DNA of 64,000 nt from a virus (lineage: Duplodnaviria; Caudoviricetes), in IMG/VR virus record IMGVR_UViG_3300047539_000078, positions 64,001-128,000 of that record. The stretch is one strand, 5' to 3'. Shown here piece by piece: positions 1 through 9,460 of this stretch (positions are counted from its first letter, which is position 1; every line of letters starts with the position of its first letter). The translations under genes and the position numbers were made by a program. The notes under the pieces are model-generated. The model searched no databases. It had not been told where the DNA came from and was given only the letters and a program-made list of their open reading frames with translations.

Positions 1-1
1 G

Positions 2-745
2 GAAGACCTCAAGAAGGCCCTCTTCCTCCAAAAGCAGATGACCCGTCGCGCCCATGACGAGCTGCAGACGGTCGCCGGGGACAGTGTCCTTGAAGGGAAC
101 CCGAATCCCGATCCGGAGACCATCAAGAAGTTCATGAAGGATGAAGCTAATCTCCTCAAGACCTATGCATTCCGCCTCACGCTCACCGAGTGGGCGATGG
201 GCGGGGTAACAGCCGGGAACACGGCGCAGTGGGGCGCAACCTTCGGGGTGGCGCTCATCGTCGGTGAACTTATCCTCGCCCAAGTCAACTCCATGCACCC
301 GGGCTACGGTGCCGCCATCAAGGGGTTCTTCGTCAATCTCCTCGCGCTCGAAAACCGGCTCCGCCTGAACGGGGATGACACCTCTGAAATCGACGGCCTT
401 GTCATGAATTTCAACGTGACCAAGAAGGACGGCACACCCGTCGATGACGAGGCAACGAAGACCAAGATTCGCAAGGGACTGCATGAAGTGCTCCACACTA
501 TCTTAGCCGCCGGTATCGAATACGGACTATTCGAGGAAACCGAGACCGGCCACCAGATCACGAAGACCGGCCACCGGGTCATGCTTCACATGCACGATGT
601 CCAGACATTCGTGGAGACCCTAGCGGCAGCCCATGCACGGTTCCAGAACGAAGTCCCGGCACTAATGAGCACTATGGCGGAAGTCGTTGAGAAGGCTAAG
701 GTTCGCAGAAAGCGAGCCAAAAAGCAACTTCCACCCTCTAGTTAG
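2..745 (+). CDS. hypothetical protein, probably 5'-truncated by the window edge
   Basis: Frame is open from position 2 through ATG38 to TAG745; protein-like composition; no motif recognised. Confidence 0.6.
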   Translation, partial: EDLKKALFLQKQMTRRAHDELQTVAGDSVLEGNPNPDPETIKKFMKDEANLLKTYAFRLTLTEWAMGGVTAGNTAQWGATFGVALIVGELILAQVNSMHPGYGAAIKGFFVNLLALENRLRLNGDDTSEIDGLVMNFNVTKKDGTPVDDEATKTKIRKGLHEVLHTILAAGIEYGLFEETETGHQITKTGHRVMLHMHDVQTFVETLAAAHARFQNEVPALMSTMAEVVEKAKVRRKRAKKQLPPSS

Positions 746-758
746 AGGTAATCACAAC

Positions 759-969
759 ATGATATTCACACTAGCAGTAGTGATCGGGGCATTCATCGGG
801 GGCGGGATCGTCGGCGCTGGCGGTTTTGCGGCGTTCGAAGCGTCCGCTAAGACTGACGTAAAGGCAGCCTGGGCCGCCGTAGAAGCTGAATTTGCCAAGG
901 TTGTTCCCACACTCACCAGCCGCGACGAGTGCCGTCGCAGCCGTCAAGACCGCCGTCGCCAAGCTGTAA
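759..969 (+). CDS. small membrane protein (apparent frameshift near 915)
   Basis: AGAGG RBS, ATG759, hydrophobic N-terminus MIFTLAVVIGAFIGGGIVGAGG; shifted frame gives Ala-rich ...AVKTAVAKL* ending TAA969. Confidence 0.5.
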
Positions 970-990
970 GATTTGCGGTATTATCCCCTT

Positions 991-1788
991 ATGGGGAAAA
1001 CATCCGGGGCAGCGGGCGGTGCGATCCACCATCCGGTGCCCTATCTTTTTTTGAAGCCACCCGTCCGCCAAAATGTCCTCATCGGCGACGATCCCCTGCA
1101 AATCCGCTTTGCCGAACAATTCCTTAAATGCGAATGCGTTACAGTCGACTCCCTTACGGACGATGATGTCCTGGGCGTCGAAGATGTCCTATTTCGCGTC
1201 CGATTCGAGAAGAGCCTGGAAATCACACCCGGCGTGCGCCCCAAGATCGGGATGTGGTCGCTTCAGCTCATCGCGCCGGACAGCGCATCCGCAAACGCCC
1301 TCGTCCGCGTGGCGGCCAAGATCATCGGAGAGACGTTGGATGAGGACCGGTTCAACGCCATCGTCAAGGAAATCGGTCGGCGGTTCAAGCGGCAGGAAAT
1401 CCGCGACCTCCGCGTCGGCCTGTGGGAGACGTGCGACCTCATATTGGAAGGCATCGCGCCGACCAACAAGTGGAAGGAGCCTTGGGACACCGCCGATCCC
1501 ATGGAATGGCTGCCGCCCGGGACGAACATCGACATGCGCCTCGGAACCCTCTTCAAGCATCTCCGCGCATACGTCTACCTGCTCTCCGGCGTGGACGAAG
1601 AAGCCATGGATTTGAAGGTTCCGCCGAGCAAGATCAAGTATCTGCAGGGTCTCCATCTGGACCCCGAGAAGGTCTACGAGACGCTCAAGGCGCTGTCCCG
1701 CCACCGCTACTTCGGTGCCGATCCAAGAAAGACCATTTTAGCACCTCGTCAAAGTCTGGGCGCTCTAGTATTATGGTATGAGGCGTAA
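991..1788 (+). CDS. hypothetical protein (true stop probably TAG1768 after a 1-nt indel)
   Basis: ATG991 lies 6 nt after GGTATTAT; long ORF; removing one C near 1744 gives ...ALVKVWAL*. Confidence 0.6.
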   Translation: MGKTSGAAGGAIHHPVPYLFLKPPVRQNVLIGDDPLQIRFAEQFLKCECVTVDSLTDDDVLGVEDVLFRVRFEKSLEITPGVRPKIGMWSLQLIAPDSASANALVRVAAKIIGETLDEDRFNAIVKEIGRRFKRQEIRDLRVGLWETCDLILEGIAPTNKWKEPWDTADPMEWLPPGTNIDMRLGTLFKHLRAYVYLLSGVDEEAMDLKVPPSKIKYLQGLHLDPEKVYETLKALSRHRYFGADPRKTILAPRQSLGALVLWYEA

Positions 1789-2509
1789 ACCAGTGACCCC
1801 AATGTTCAGTCAACTCGTCGTGTCCGGCACCATGCAGAAGACACACAAGCCATGGGCGGTGACCCTTTCCATCATCGTCCAGTCCCTCATTATCGCCGTG
1901 ATGGTCATCATTCCGTTGCTGTATACCGAGGTATTGCCGAAGGGAATGCTGAACACGTTCCTCGTGGCACCAGCACCCCCACCCCCTCCCCCGCCGCCGC
2001 AGCCGATAGCCAGAATCATCAGAGTAGTACAACCCAAAGTCATCAACATCCAAAAGATGCTGGCTCCGACAACGATCCCCAAGCGCATCGCCGTCTTCAA
2101 GGATGAGGCACCCGTGGTTTACACAAACAGCAATGAGGGTGTCTCCGGCGGCACTGGCAATGTTCTGGGCGGTCTGATCGGTGCATCCGGCCCGCCTCCA
2201 CCGCCTCCGCCTCCTCCGCCCGCACGCATCCGCGTCGGAGGAAACGTGGAAGCAGCATCTCTCGTCAATAAAGTTACGCCGTCATACCCCGCGATTGCGA
2301 AGACGGCGCATGTGTCCGGCACGGTGATTCTACACGCCATCATCGGCAAGGATGGCTCCATCAAGGAACTCCAGTACATTTCAGGGCCTCCGCTGCTGTT
2401 GAAGTCGGCAATGGATGCCGTGAAAGAGTGGCGGTACAAGCCGACTCAGCTCAACGGCGAGCCGGTCGAGGTGGATACTACCATCGATGTTGTCTTTACC
2501 CTTGGGTAA
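1778..2509 (+). CDS. tonB: energy transducer TonB (Acidobacteriota-type)
   Basis: N-terminal TM, poly-Pro spacers, TonB C-terminal domain (PSYPAIAK..VSGTVILHAIIGKDG..AVKEWRYKP..NGEPVEV..F). Confidence 0.92.
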   Translation: MRRKPVTPMFSQLVVSGTMQKTHKPWAVTLSIIVQSLIIAVMVIIPLLYTEVLPKGMLNTFLVAPAPPPPPPPPQPIARIIRVVQPKVINIQKMLAPTTIPKRIAVFKDEAPVVYTNSNEGVSGGTGNVLGGLIGASGPPPPPPPPPPARIRVGGNVEAASLVNKVTPSYPAIAKTAHVSGTVILHAIIGKDGSIKELQYISGPPLLLKSAMDAVKEWRYKPTQLNGEPVEVDTTIDVVFTLG

Positions 2510-2542
2510 AGAGTTGTTCCCCGCATAAACCGCATACAGACG

Positions 2543-2570
2543 AGCCGCCCTTTGACCCGGGCGGCTTTTC
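2543..2570 (+). terminator. Rho-independent terminator
   Basis: AGCCGCCC / GGGCGGCT stem followed by TTTC, after tonB. Confidence 0.65.
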
Positions 2571-2685
2571 TGCTGATGCACCAAAATTCTTTGTGAAAAA
2601 AACCCGATATCCTGGTATTGTATGAGTGACAACCTAAGCGGTTGTTCAACTTGAATTAAACTTTAAACCTGAGAGGAAACGAAAA

Positions 2686-3576
2686 ATGGCAAATAATTTC
2701 ATTGAAGATTCAGAAGATTTGAGCGGCATCCTGAGTAACACCCAGGAAGCACCCGCAGCAGTTGCAGCGGCACCGACACAGACACTTGTCGAGCCGCATA
2801 GCCATCCCGCCGAGTTAATCCCAGCACCAGTCACGGCATCTTACGTTGATGAGGAGGATGAATCCTTACCTGCAACCACCAAGGCATCAGCCAAGCCCTC
2901 ATCCGACGAATTCAACGTTGAATTCGGCGATGAGAAGCTGATGGAGGATGAAGGCGGGTTGAAAGTGCCGCTCCGCCCCGATACAGGGAAGACCGTGCGC
3001 TTCGCGCTCTTGACCGATTACGTTCCGGCCAAGCGTGCATTCAACCACTACATCGAGAAGAAGGGCACGTTCCTTTGCCTCACTCCCGAGGACAAGTCCG
3101 AAATCTGCTGCACGGCGGATGGCCAGAAGGAGTCTCAGCCGCAGATCGTGGCGTTGGTCCTGCACTACACGAATGCCGATCCCAAGACCGGCCAGTACAA
3201 GAAGGACAAGGACGGAGTCGTCCCCCCGACCGAGTGGGAAATCCGATTCAGCCGCCTCAGCCGCTCCGCATTCAAGCGCATCTCCAAGATGACGGAGGAG
3301 GACGGCAAGCCGACCGACATCGACATCACGATGTGCCACAAGTCGGACGGCGGCATCGGGTACGAGTACAACCGCACCAACCTTGCACGCTGGAAGAAGA
3401 ATCCGGCGCTCGTCAAGGAAGTGGAAGCGGCCCTGCAGCCTTTCATCAAGGACGGCGGCAAGAAGCTCATTTCCCGTCTCGGCAGAAAGATCAGCAAGAC
3501 GGAATGGCGCATCCTGCTCGCCGGTAGCAAGCCAGCTTCCGATGCATCAAACCTGGAAGACATCTCTGACATCTAG
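2686..3576 (+). CDS. putative phage single-stranded DNA-binding protein (gp32-like)
   Basis: VRFALL..HY..F.CL..CC pattern, acidic tail LEDISDI, GAGAGG RBS, own terminator, recombination-gene context. Confidence 0.5.
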   Translation: MANNFIEDSEDLSGILSNTQEAPAAVAAAPTQTLVEPHSHPAELIPAPVTASYVDEEDESLPATTKASAKPSSDEFNVEFGDEKLMEDEGGLKVPLRPDTGKTVRFALLTDYVPAKRAFNHYIEKKGTFLCLTPEDKSEICCTADGQKESQPQIVALVLHYTNADPKTGQYKKDKDGVVPPTEWEIRFSRLSRSAFKRISKMTEEDGKPTDIDITMCHKSDGGIGYEYNRTNLARWKKNPALVKEVEAALQPFIKDGGKKLISRLGRKISKTEWRILLAGSKPASDASNLEDISDI

Positions 3577-3597
3577 TCAGTGACGAACCATCGAACC

Positions 3598-3634
3598 CCT
3601 CCAATGAGTTAACGCTCATTGGAGGTTTTTCTTT
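3598..3634 (+). terminator. Rho-independent terminator
   Basis: Perfect 11-bp stem CCTCCAATGAG / CTCATTGGAGG followed by TTTTTCTTT. Confidence 0.85.
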
Positions 3635-3646
3635 CTAGGAGAAATC

Positions 3647-3949
3647 ATGACTGAAATACAGCAGACTTTTCAGGAACGGCTGGCAGAGGCTTTTTCGAGT
3701 GCTATAAAGTCGTCAGACAAGCCCGTGAACTGGATTGTGGCGCATCCCGATGACCATGGGAAGTTTATAAGCGCCATACCTGTGGGTGGGTATGAGGTGA
3801 ATGAGCCCCGTCATGATGGCGTTGTGGCATTCATCTGGGGTGCCAATGTCGTTCTGAACAAGGATGCCGTCCTGAATACCGTGTACATCAGTTGTGCGGA
3901 AAGCCGCGAAGACGCAATTGGTTCCGCCGTAACCTTTTTGCTAGATTGA
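3647..3949 (+). CDS. hypothetical protein
   Basis: AGGAGA RBS, 100-aa ORF. Confidence 0.6.
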   Translation: MTEIQQTFQERLAEAFSSAIKSSDKPVNWIVAHPDDHGKFISAIPVGGYEVNEPRHDGVVAFIWGANVVLNKDAVLNTVYISCAESREDAIGSAVTFLLD

Positions 3950-3953
3950 AGAC

Positions 3954-4766
3954 ATGATAATTCTAGGGTTGGACATGGAGACAACGGGCCGCGAACCGAC
4001 GATCCACTCCGTCACGGAGGTCGGTGCCGTCATGTGGGAAACCACGCTTCGGACGCCCATCCGGGAGATCGGCCAGCTCGTGTACGACCCAGATGCCGTT
4101 TGGGAACCGGGTGTCACCAGCGTCAACGGCATAACCCCCGAAATATGTAAGCATTACGGCAAGGATTCCAAGAAGGTCCTCCAAACCCTCATCTCTTGGT
4201 ACCAGCAATCCGATGTCGTCTGCGCCCATAATGGGAATATCTTCGACCGTCCGGTTTTCTTCAATTGGTGCGACCGGTTCGGCTTCCACGATTACAAGGA
4301 TGAGAACAAGGTCTGGATCGACACCACGACGGACATTGACATCCCGCGTGGGTGGCCGCGCAAGCTCCAGTATCTCGCTACCCATCTCGGCATCCACAAC
4401 CCGTTCCCTCACCGTGCCGTGTTCGATGTCATGGCTATGCTCATGATCCTAGACCGCTTCGACCTCAACCGCACCATGGAACTCGCGAAATCCCCGACCG
4501 TGATCATCCAGGCACTCGTGAGTTATGACCAAAAGGATTGGGCCAAGGATTTGGGGTACTACTGGCGTCCCGAGCGAAAGGTATGGATCAAGTCCGTCAA
4601 GGCGGCTCGCGTCGGGGAAGAGGAAGCCTCCGCTGCCCGAGCGTTTACGGAGGTATCCAGAGACGGCGTGACGAACTGGGTTGTCTACCCCTTCGGCATT
4701 CCGATAGATGAGAATATGTGGCCCTTCACGCGCACCAGAGGCTTCAAAATTCGCTTGAACGGATAG
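3954..4766 (+). CDS. DEDDh 3'-5' exonuclease (DnaQ/epsilon-like)
   Basis: ExoI LDMETTG, ExoII CAHNGNIFD, ExoIII HRAVFD. Confidence 0.9.
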   Translation: MIILGLDMETTGREPTIHSVTEVGAVMWETTLRTPIREIGQLVYDPDAVWEPGVTSVNGITPEICKHYGKDSKKVLQTLISWYQQSDVVCAHNGNIFDRPVFFNWCDRFGFHDYKDENKVWIDTTTDIDIPRGWPRKLQYLATHLGIHNPFPHRAVFDVMAMLMILDRFDLNRTMELAKSPTVIIQALVSYDQKDWAKDLGYYWRPERKVWIKSVKAARVGEEEASAARAFTEVSRDGVTNWVVYPFGIPIDENMWPFTRTRGFKIRLNG

Positions 4767-4800
4767 GCTGTTCGTGGTATGCTTTCTCCTGAGGTGATAC

Positions 4801-5532
4801 ATGAAACTGTTCTATAACGCATTGAACGCACTCATTTCCGTCTTCTCCGCGCATCCATACAAGTCCATAGCCGTCGTCGCAGGCGGCGTCATCGCCATCC
4901 TGGCCGTCATAGACGGCATCAACGCACTCCGTCGCTTCCGGTCGGATAAAAAGGAAGGGAGAAAAAGAGAAGAAGAGCGTGCCTATATCTCCAAGACATC
5001 CTACTCAGACCTGCTCAAGCAGATGCTTGAGCTTCACAAATCCGTGCTCGGTGCCGACAAGGTCTCTGCATTAGCTATTGAAACCACGAATGAACTTGCT
5101 GACAAGATCACTCGAACATTAGACCTGCTCACTAATTTGACCTTCCGTGTCCAAGCGCTGGAAAAATACATGGAGGCGGAAATAACGGCGAAGTCTCTCA
5201 TGGCGATTAAGATCAAGGAAGCCGAAGAAGACCTTGCCGAATTGGAAGAGGCTATGAAATCCGAGGAGGAACTGCCGCTTGATGACATCGTTTCCAAGCC
5301 GGATGATTCCCCGGAAGTGATCCAGTTGGACGAGACGGGCGACATTCCCGAGGATGATGTCGACGAGGAATTGGATGCCGCATTCAACGAGAGCCTCGAC
5401 ACGATTGAACAGGAACTCGATGCCGACATCCTGAAGGTCATCGGTGCCGAACCGGCTCCCCGGCGCAAGAAGTCCAAGAAGGCGAAGAAGTCCACCAAGA
5501 AGTTGAAGAAGGCACGCCGCCGCAAACGGTAG
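4801..5532 (+). CDS. membrane-anchored coiled-coil protein with acidic region and basic tail
   Basis: GAGG RBS; TM IAVVAGGVIAILAVI; heptad-like middle; K/R-rich C-terminus. Confidence 0.6.
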   Translation: MKLFYNALNALISVFSAHPYKSIAVVAGGVIAILAVIDGINALRRFRSDKKEGRKREEERAYISKTSYSDLLKQMLELHKSVLGADKVSALAIETTNELADKITRTLDLLTNLTFRVQALEKYMEAEITAKSLMAIKIKEAEEDLAELEEAMKSEEELPLDDIVSKPDDSPEVIQLDETGDIPEDDVDEELDAAFNESLDTIEQELDADILKVIGAEPAPRRKKSKKAKKSTKKLKKARRRKR

Positions 5533-5543
5533 TATTATAGGGG

Positions 5544-6365
5544 GTGAGAACCCCTAAGGTAAGACCGCCGCTCGTGCTTGACATTCCTCCGAAGATAGAG
5601 GACGCGGATGCATGGCTCGTCGTGGGACTTGACCCGAGCATGAGCCGCACCGGCTTCGCTATGATGTATGTGGATGCGAACTCCACGAACGAGTCAAACA
5701 ACTGGGTCTCCGTGGGTTCCGTCAAGCCGGACGATTCAAGCAAGCCGATCTGGGCACGCGCTAAGGCCATGGCCCTCTTCATCCAAGAGGCTATCCTTCG
5801 GGCGCACAAGGGAATCAACGTATTCAAGAGTGTAGGACTCCTGATTTCTACGGAGTACCCTACGCCTATGAACGACTTCCTCGTAGCGCTGAATCGCATC
5901 CTCCACGTCGTGCTTTTCGATGGAGCATTTCCGGCACAGTTCTCGGTCATCAAGATATTGACTACGAACGCTTCTACTCTTCGCTCCTTAATGATTCTCA
6001 AGGCACGCGGTGCCGCCAACAAGAAGGAAAACATCCTCCGGGCATATGAGTTCATCAGCCGGGAAATCTGGCCGGGACTTGACACGGACTCGTGCGACGC
6101 CGTCCTGCTCGCCATGATGGGGAAGTACGCCGCCCAGATCGTGTCGGGATTTCCCGGCGAAGTGCCAGAGCGCTTCAAGGTCTCCCTCTGCAACGCCGCA
6201 AAAGAAGCCAAGGGGAAAGGCACCCGGGCGCGTATTATTATCAAAGGTTTGTTGCATAGACACGAGTATTGGTACCCGTATGAGAAGGAAACTTATTCTT
6301 TGTTAGTTAAAGACGCCCGCCGTCCAACTGGAAAGTCACTAAATCGAGAACATTTCATAATCTAA
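5544..6365 (+). CDS. RuvC-like Holliday junction resolvase
   Basis: VVGLDPSMSRTGFA, central Glu (STEYP), D..DA (DSCDAVLLA); next to recA. Confidence 0.75.
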   Translation: MRTPKVRPPLVLDIPPKIEDADAWLVVGLDPSMSRTGFAMMYVDANSTNESNNWVSVGSVKPDDSSKPIWARAKAMALFIQEAILRAHKGINVFKSVGLLISTEYPTPMNDFLVALNRILHVVLFDGAFPAQFSVIKILTTNASTLRSLMILKARGAANKKENILRAYEFISREIWPGLDTDSCDAVLLAMMGKYAAQIVSGFPGEVPERFKVSLCNAAKEAKGKGTRARIIIKGLLHRHEYWYPYEKETYSLLVKDARRPTGKSLNREHFII

Positions 6366-6385
6366 ATTAAACTGAGGATAGAAAA

Positions 6386-7717
6386 ATGCCGACGATGCAA
6401 AAGAAGGGCAAAGCGAAGAAGGAAGATGAGGAGAAGAAGCCGGAGGATGTGAATCCGCGTCTTTGGACTCCAGCACAGCGCCGCGAGCTTTGGCTCAAGG
6501 ACCAGGCGTCCAGCGCCAAGAAGAACGAAGCTGACTGGAAGGTTCTCCGCTCCGACCTGCAGGACATCACGGTTCCCTACGGATTCATCACGCTTGATTC
6601 CATTATGCGCCTGCGTCAGATTCCGCGTCGTGGCCGCGTCGTGCAAATCCACGGTGACGAAGGTGCCGGAAAGTCTACGCTCGGCTATGGCATCATCGCC
6701 AACCACATCCGGCAGACCGGCGAACCGGCAGCTATTCACGACTTCGAGAACACTTCCGAGTGGCCGTACCTTCGCGGCATTGGCGTTGACCAAAATTTGT
6801 GCGAAGTCTATACCCCCACCAGCATCGACGAGTCCTGCGCCCGCGTCATGAGCCAACTGAAGGCTGGCGTACGCACGTACATGTTCGACTCCGTCCGCCG
6901 CATGAAGACGCAGGTCGAGGAAAAGGACATCATCAGCGGGAAGTTCTACAAGGACTTGCAGCCCGGGCAACATGCCAAGATGATGAACAAGTTCTGGGAC
7001 TCCATGCTTCCGTACTTCGCCCAATACGACTGCTTCATCGTCATGATCAACCAGACGGCGGCACGCATCGACTCCTCGAACGAAGGCAAGAGCGCCCAGA
7101 AGTACCCGACGTTCACGAACCTCCCGTATGTGCTCCCCGGCGGCAAGCTCACCCGCTTCGTAATGAGCGTAATGATCGAACTCAAGCGCCAGAAGGCGTA
7201 CCGCTCCGGTGAAATGTACAAGAACGGCGACAAGGAAGACCCGTTCATCCTCGAACCGAATCCGCAGGGCGGCAAGGAAAAGGGTGATTACATCGCCACG
7301 CAGATTCGTGCCCGTGTCATCAAGAACAAGGTGAACGACGGCGGTTTCCGCGAAGGCCCGATCTTCACGCGCCCGGGCATCGGGATAGACGAGAACATGA
7401 CGATGCGGTACATCGCCCGCCAGTACGGCCTCATCTCCAACGCCGGGGCCAAGTTCTACGTCGGCGACTCTGAAAACCCGATCATCACCTACCCGTCCAA
7501 GGAGAAGGCCATCCAGGATTTGGTCATCGACCAAAACCCCGAGGTTTACAAGGCGCTTCGCCCGGTCATCGAGAAGGCCGTAGCCGAAGACCAAGCGAGC
7601 TTCATGACGCAGATCGACGACCAGGAACGCGCCTACCTCGAAGGCGAAATCGACATGGATGAAATCGAGACGAGCCCGACGGCCAAGGTAAAGGGGTTCG
7701 TTGTTGATGACATCTGA
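6386..7717 (+). CDS. recA: RecA/UvsX-like recombinase
   Basis: GRVVQIHGDEGAGKST Walker A, DFEN, FDSV Walker B, INQ, PGG, IKNKV. Confidence 0.9.
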   Translation: MPTMQKKGKAKKEDEEKKPEDVNPRLWTPAQRRELWLKDQASSAKKNEADWKVLRSDLQDITVPYGFITLDSIMRLRQIPRRGRVVQIHGDEGAGKSTLGYGIIANHIRQTGEPAAIHDFENTSEWPYLRGIGVDQNLCEVYTPTSIDESCARVMSQLKAGVRTYMFDSVRRMKTQVEEKDIISGKFYKDLQPGQHAKMMNKFWDSMLPYFAQYDCFIVMINQTAARIDSSNEGKSAQKYPTFTNLPYVLPGGKLTRFVMSVMIELKRQKAYRSGEMYKNGDKEDPFILEPNPQGGKEKGDYIATQIRARVIKNKVNDGGFREGPIFTRPGIGIDENMTMRYIARQYGLISNAGAKFYVGDSENPIITYPSKEKAIQDLVIDQNPEVYKALRPVIEKAVAEDQASFMTQIDDQERAYLEGEIDMDEIETSPTAKVKGFVVDDI

Positions 7718-7722
7718 TCGTC

Positions 7723-8001
7723 ATGGTCTTCTACGGAATGCGGCACCCGGCAACCAAGAAGTACTACCGGTTCGTCAATCGCGCCGCGATACCGGACGTG
7801 GAGCTTGGCGGACCGAACTTCTCCATGATTTCCCTGTTCGGAACGCTGAAGACGCTCACGGAATTCACGGAGACTCTCAACAGAGGGAAGTTCCCGCATG
7901 AAGTCGTGGAGATGGAACTCCGGGAAGTGCGTACTATATCTCCGATCATCGACGTGAAACCGAATGAGATTCCAGGGAACAAACTTTCAGTCGTGGGCTG
8001 A
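7723..8001 (+). CDS. hypothetical protein
   Basis: 92-aa ORF between recA and the sbcC-like gene. Confidence 0.5.
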   Translation: MVFYGMRHPATKKYYRFVNRAAIPDVELGGPNFSMISLFGTLKTLTEFTETLNRGKFPHEVVEMELREVRTISPIIDVKPNEIPGNKLSVVG

Positions 8002-9180
8002 CTTCGAATTAGAAATCGAGGGCTTGACGGTAATCGTCGGTCGATCGAGCAAGGGGAAGTCCGCGCTCTTCCGCGCCATCCGGGGACTCTTCCGCAACGA
8101 ACTCGCGGAGGAACTTCATCCGCCAGGGAACCGAGGAACTCCAGCTCACGGCGGTCGTGGATGGGAAGACCGTCACCGGCTCCCGCGACGCCAAGGGGAC
8201 CAAGTACCAGATCGGCGACAAGAAATTCGCGAAGCTCGGTGGGAACATCCCCGATGAGCTTTTAGCGTTCGGCATGAACCAGGTCAAGATCGGGGAATAC
8301 GCTTTCGATCCGATCTTCTCCGGCCAGTTCAACACGCCGTTCCTCATCGATTCCGAGACCACCGGACCCACGAAGCTCAACGCCATCTTGGGAGCATTCG
8401 CGTCCACCGAGAAGCTGGAAGCCGGGAAGAAAGCCGCCAACCTCTCCATCACCCACAAGAATTCCGAGGCCAAGGCGCTCGCCGTCGAGATCACCGAAGC
8501 GGAGCAGCGTAAGATCAACATTGCGGCATTCGTCGGTGGAAGCCGACCAAGTCCTCCCTGTCATACGCCAATTGGAAGCGGAGGTCACCGTCATTGACCT
8601 GCAAGTCCAATGGTTGCATGAGGCGGTACGGCGTGAGCGTGTAGCGCAACCGCTCCGGCAAATCCTTGATCGGCTCCATCTCCCCGAAATTCAGGCGATT
8701 ACCCGGGTGGCCGAACTCGTGGCCGAAGCGCAGATTTACGCCGTCCAAGCCACTAACAACTTTAGACTCATACGGTTGTACAATAAAACCCGGTTGGCCA
8801 TAGATGAGGCCGCCTATTCGGCGGAGCAGAGCTCGACCGTTAAGCTGTACCGAGCGATGCTCCAGGACGTGATTTGCTACGGCCCTGGTGTCCAAGTAGC
8901 CAAATCGACGGGTGAGTCGCTCAGCGTGTCCCTAATAGCTATAGACTGTGGTTTTAACGAGGCGAAGCGCCTGCGCGACAGTATTATACTGATAGACTCG
9001 GCTGCGGAAACCGTGTTGGGATTGGCCGGGTTGGGAATAGCGGCGAGCGAGGCAGACACGGTCATTGACGACCTCCAGGCCCAAATGCAAGAACTCCAAG
9101 CGGCGGTCGCAGCCGCCCAAGTGATATGTCCCAAATGCGGGGAAGGATTCATACCAAATGCCAGACCAGGGAACTATTGA
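7964..9180 (+). CDS. sbcC: SbcC/Rad50-like ATPase, N-terminal half ending at the zinc hook (two apparent frameshifts, near 8110 and 8530)
   Basis: NFQSW..GLTVIVGRSSKGKS Walker A, Q-loop (SGQFNTPF), coiled coil, CPKCG then stop; no Walker B or signature motif; upstream of sbcD. Confidence 0.75.
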
Positions 9181-9454
9181 TCAACTCGCGGCGCTCCAAG
9201 CCCGCGTCGGGAAGATCACCAAGAGCCGGGAGAGCATCATCCGCGACACCGGCGTCGCGGAGCGGAAGTTCGAGGAGGCGATCGAGAAGCTGAAGGAGCT
9301 CGGTATCGATGCATCCGGGATGGACAGCAAGACGCTCCAGAAGACCGCCGAAGAACTTGAGGGACAGCTTGTCGCCAAAGTCGTGGAGTTGACCGGCAAG
9401 GTGCAGGACGGCGAAGCGCTCGTGGCGAAGTACCAGCAGCTTCGGGGCGAGTAG
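9158..9454 (+). CDS. small coiled-coil protein
   Basis: 98-aa heptad-rich ORF between the sbcC-like gene and sbcD. Confidence 0.6.
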   Translation: MPDQGTIDQLAALQARVGKITKSRESIIRDTGVAERKFEEAIEKLKELGIDASGMDSKTLQKTAEELEGQLVAKVVELTGKVQDGEALVAKYQQLRGE

Positions 9455-9460
9455 TGTCAA

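Noticed and set aside
1970-2225. C-rich low-complexity tracts as regulatory repeats
   Set aside because: They encode the ordinary poly-proline spacers of TonB.
6362-7594. Long antisense ORFs (e.g. 410 aa opposite recA; several opposite the giant gene)
   Set aside because: Shadow frames expected from high third-position GC; no motifs or RBS, and the opposite strand encodes recognisable proteins.
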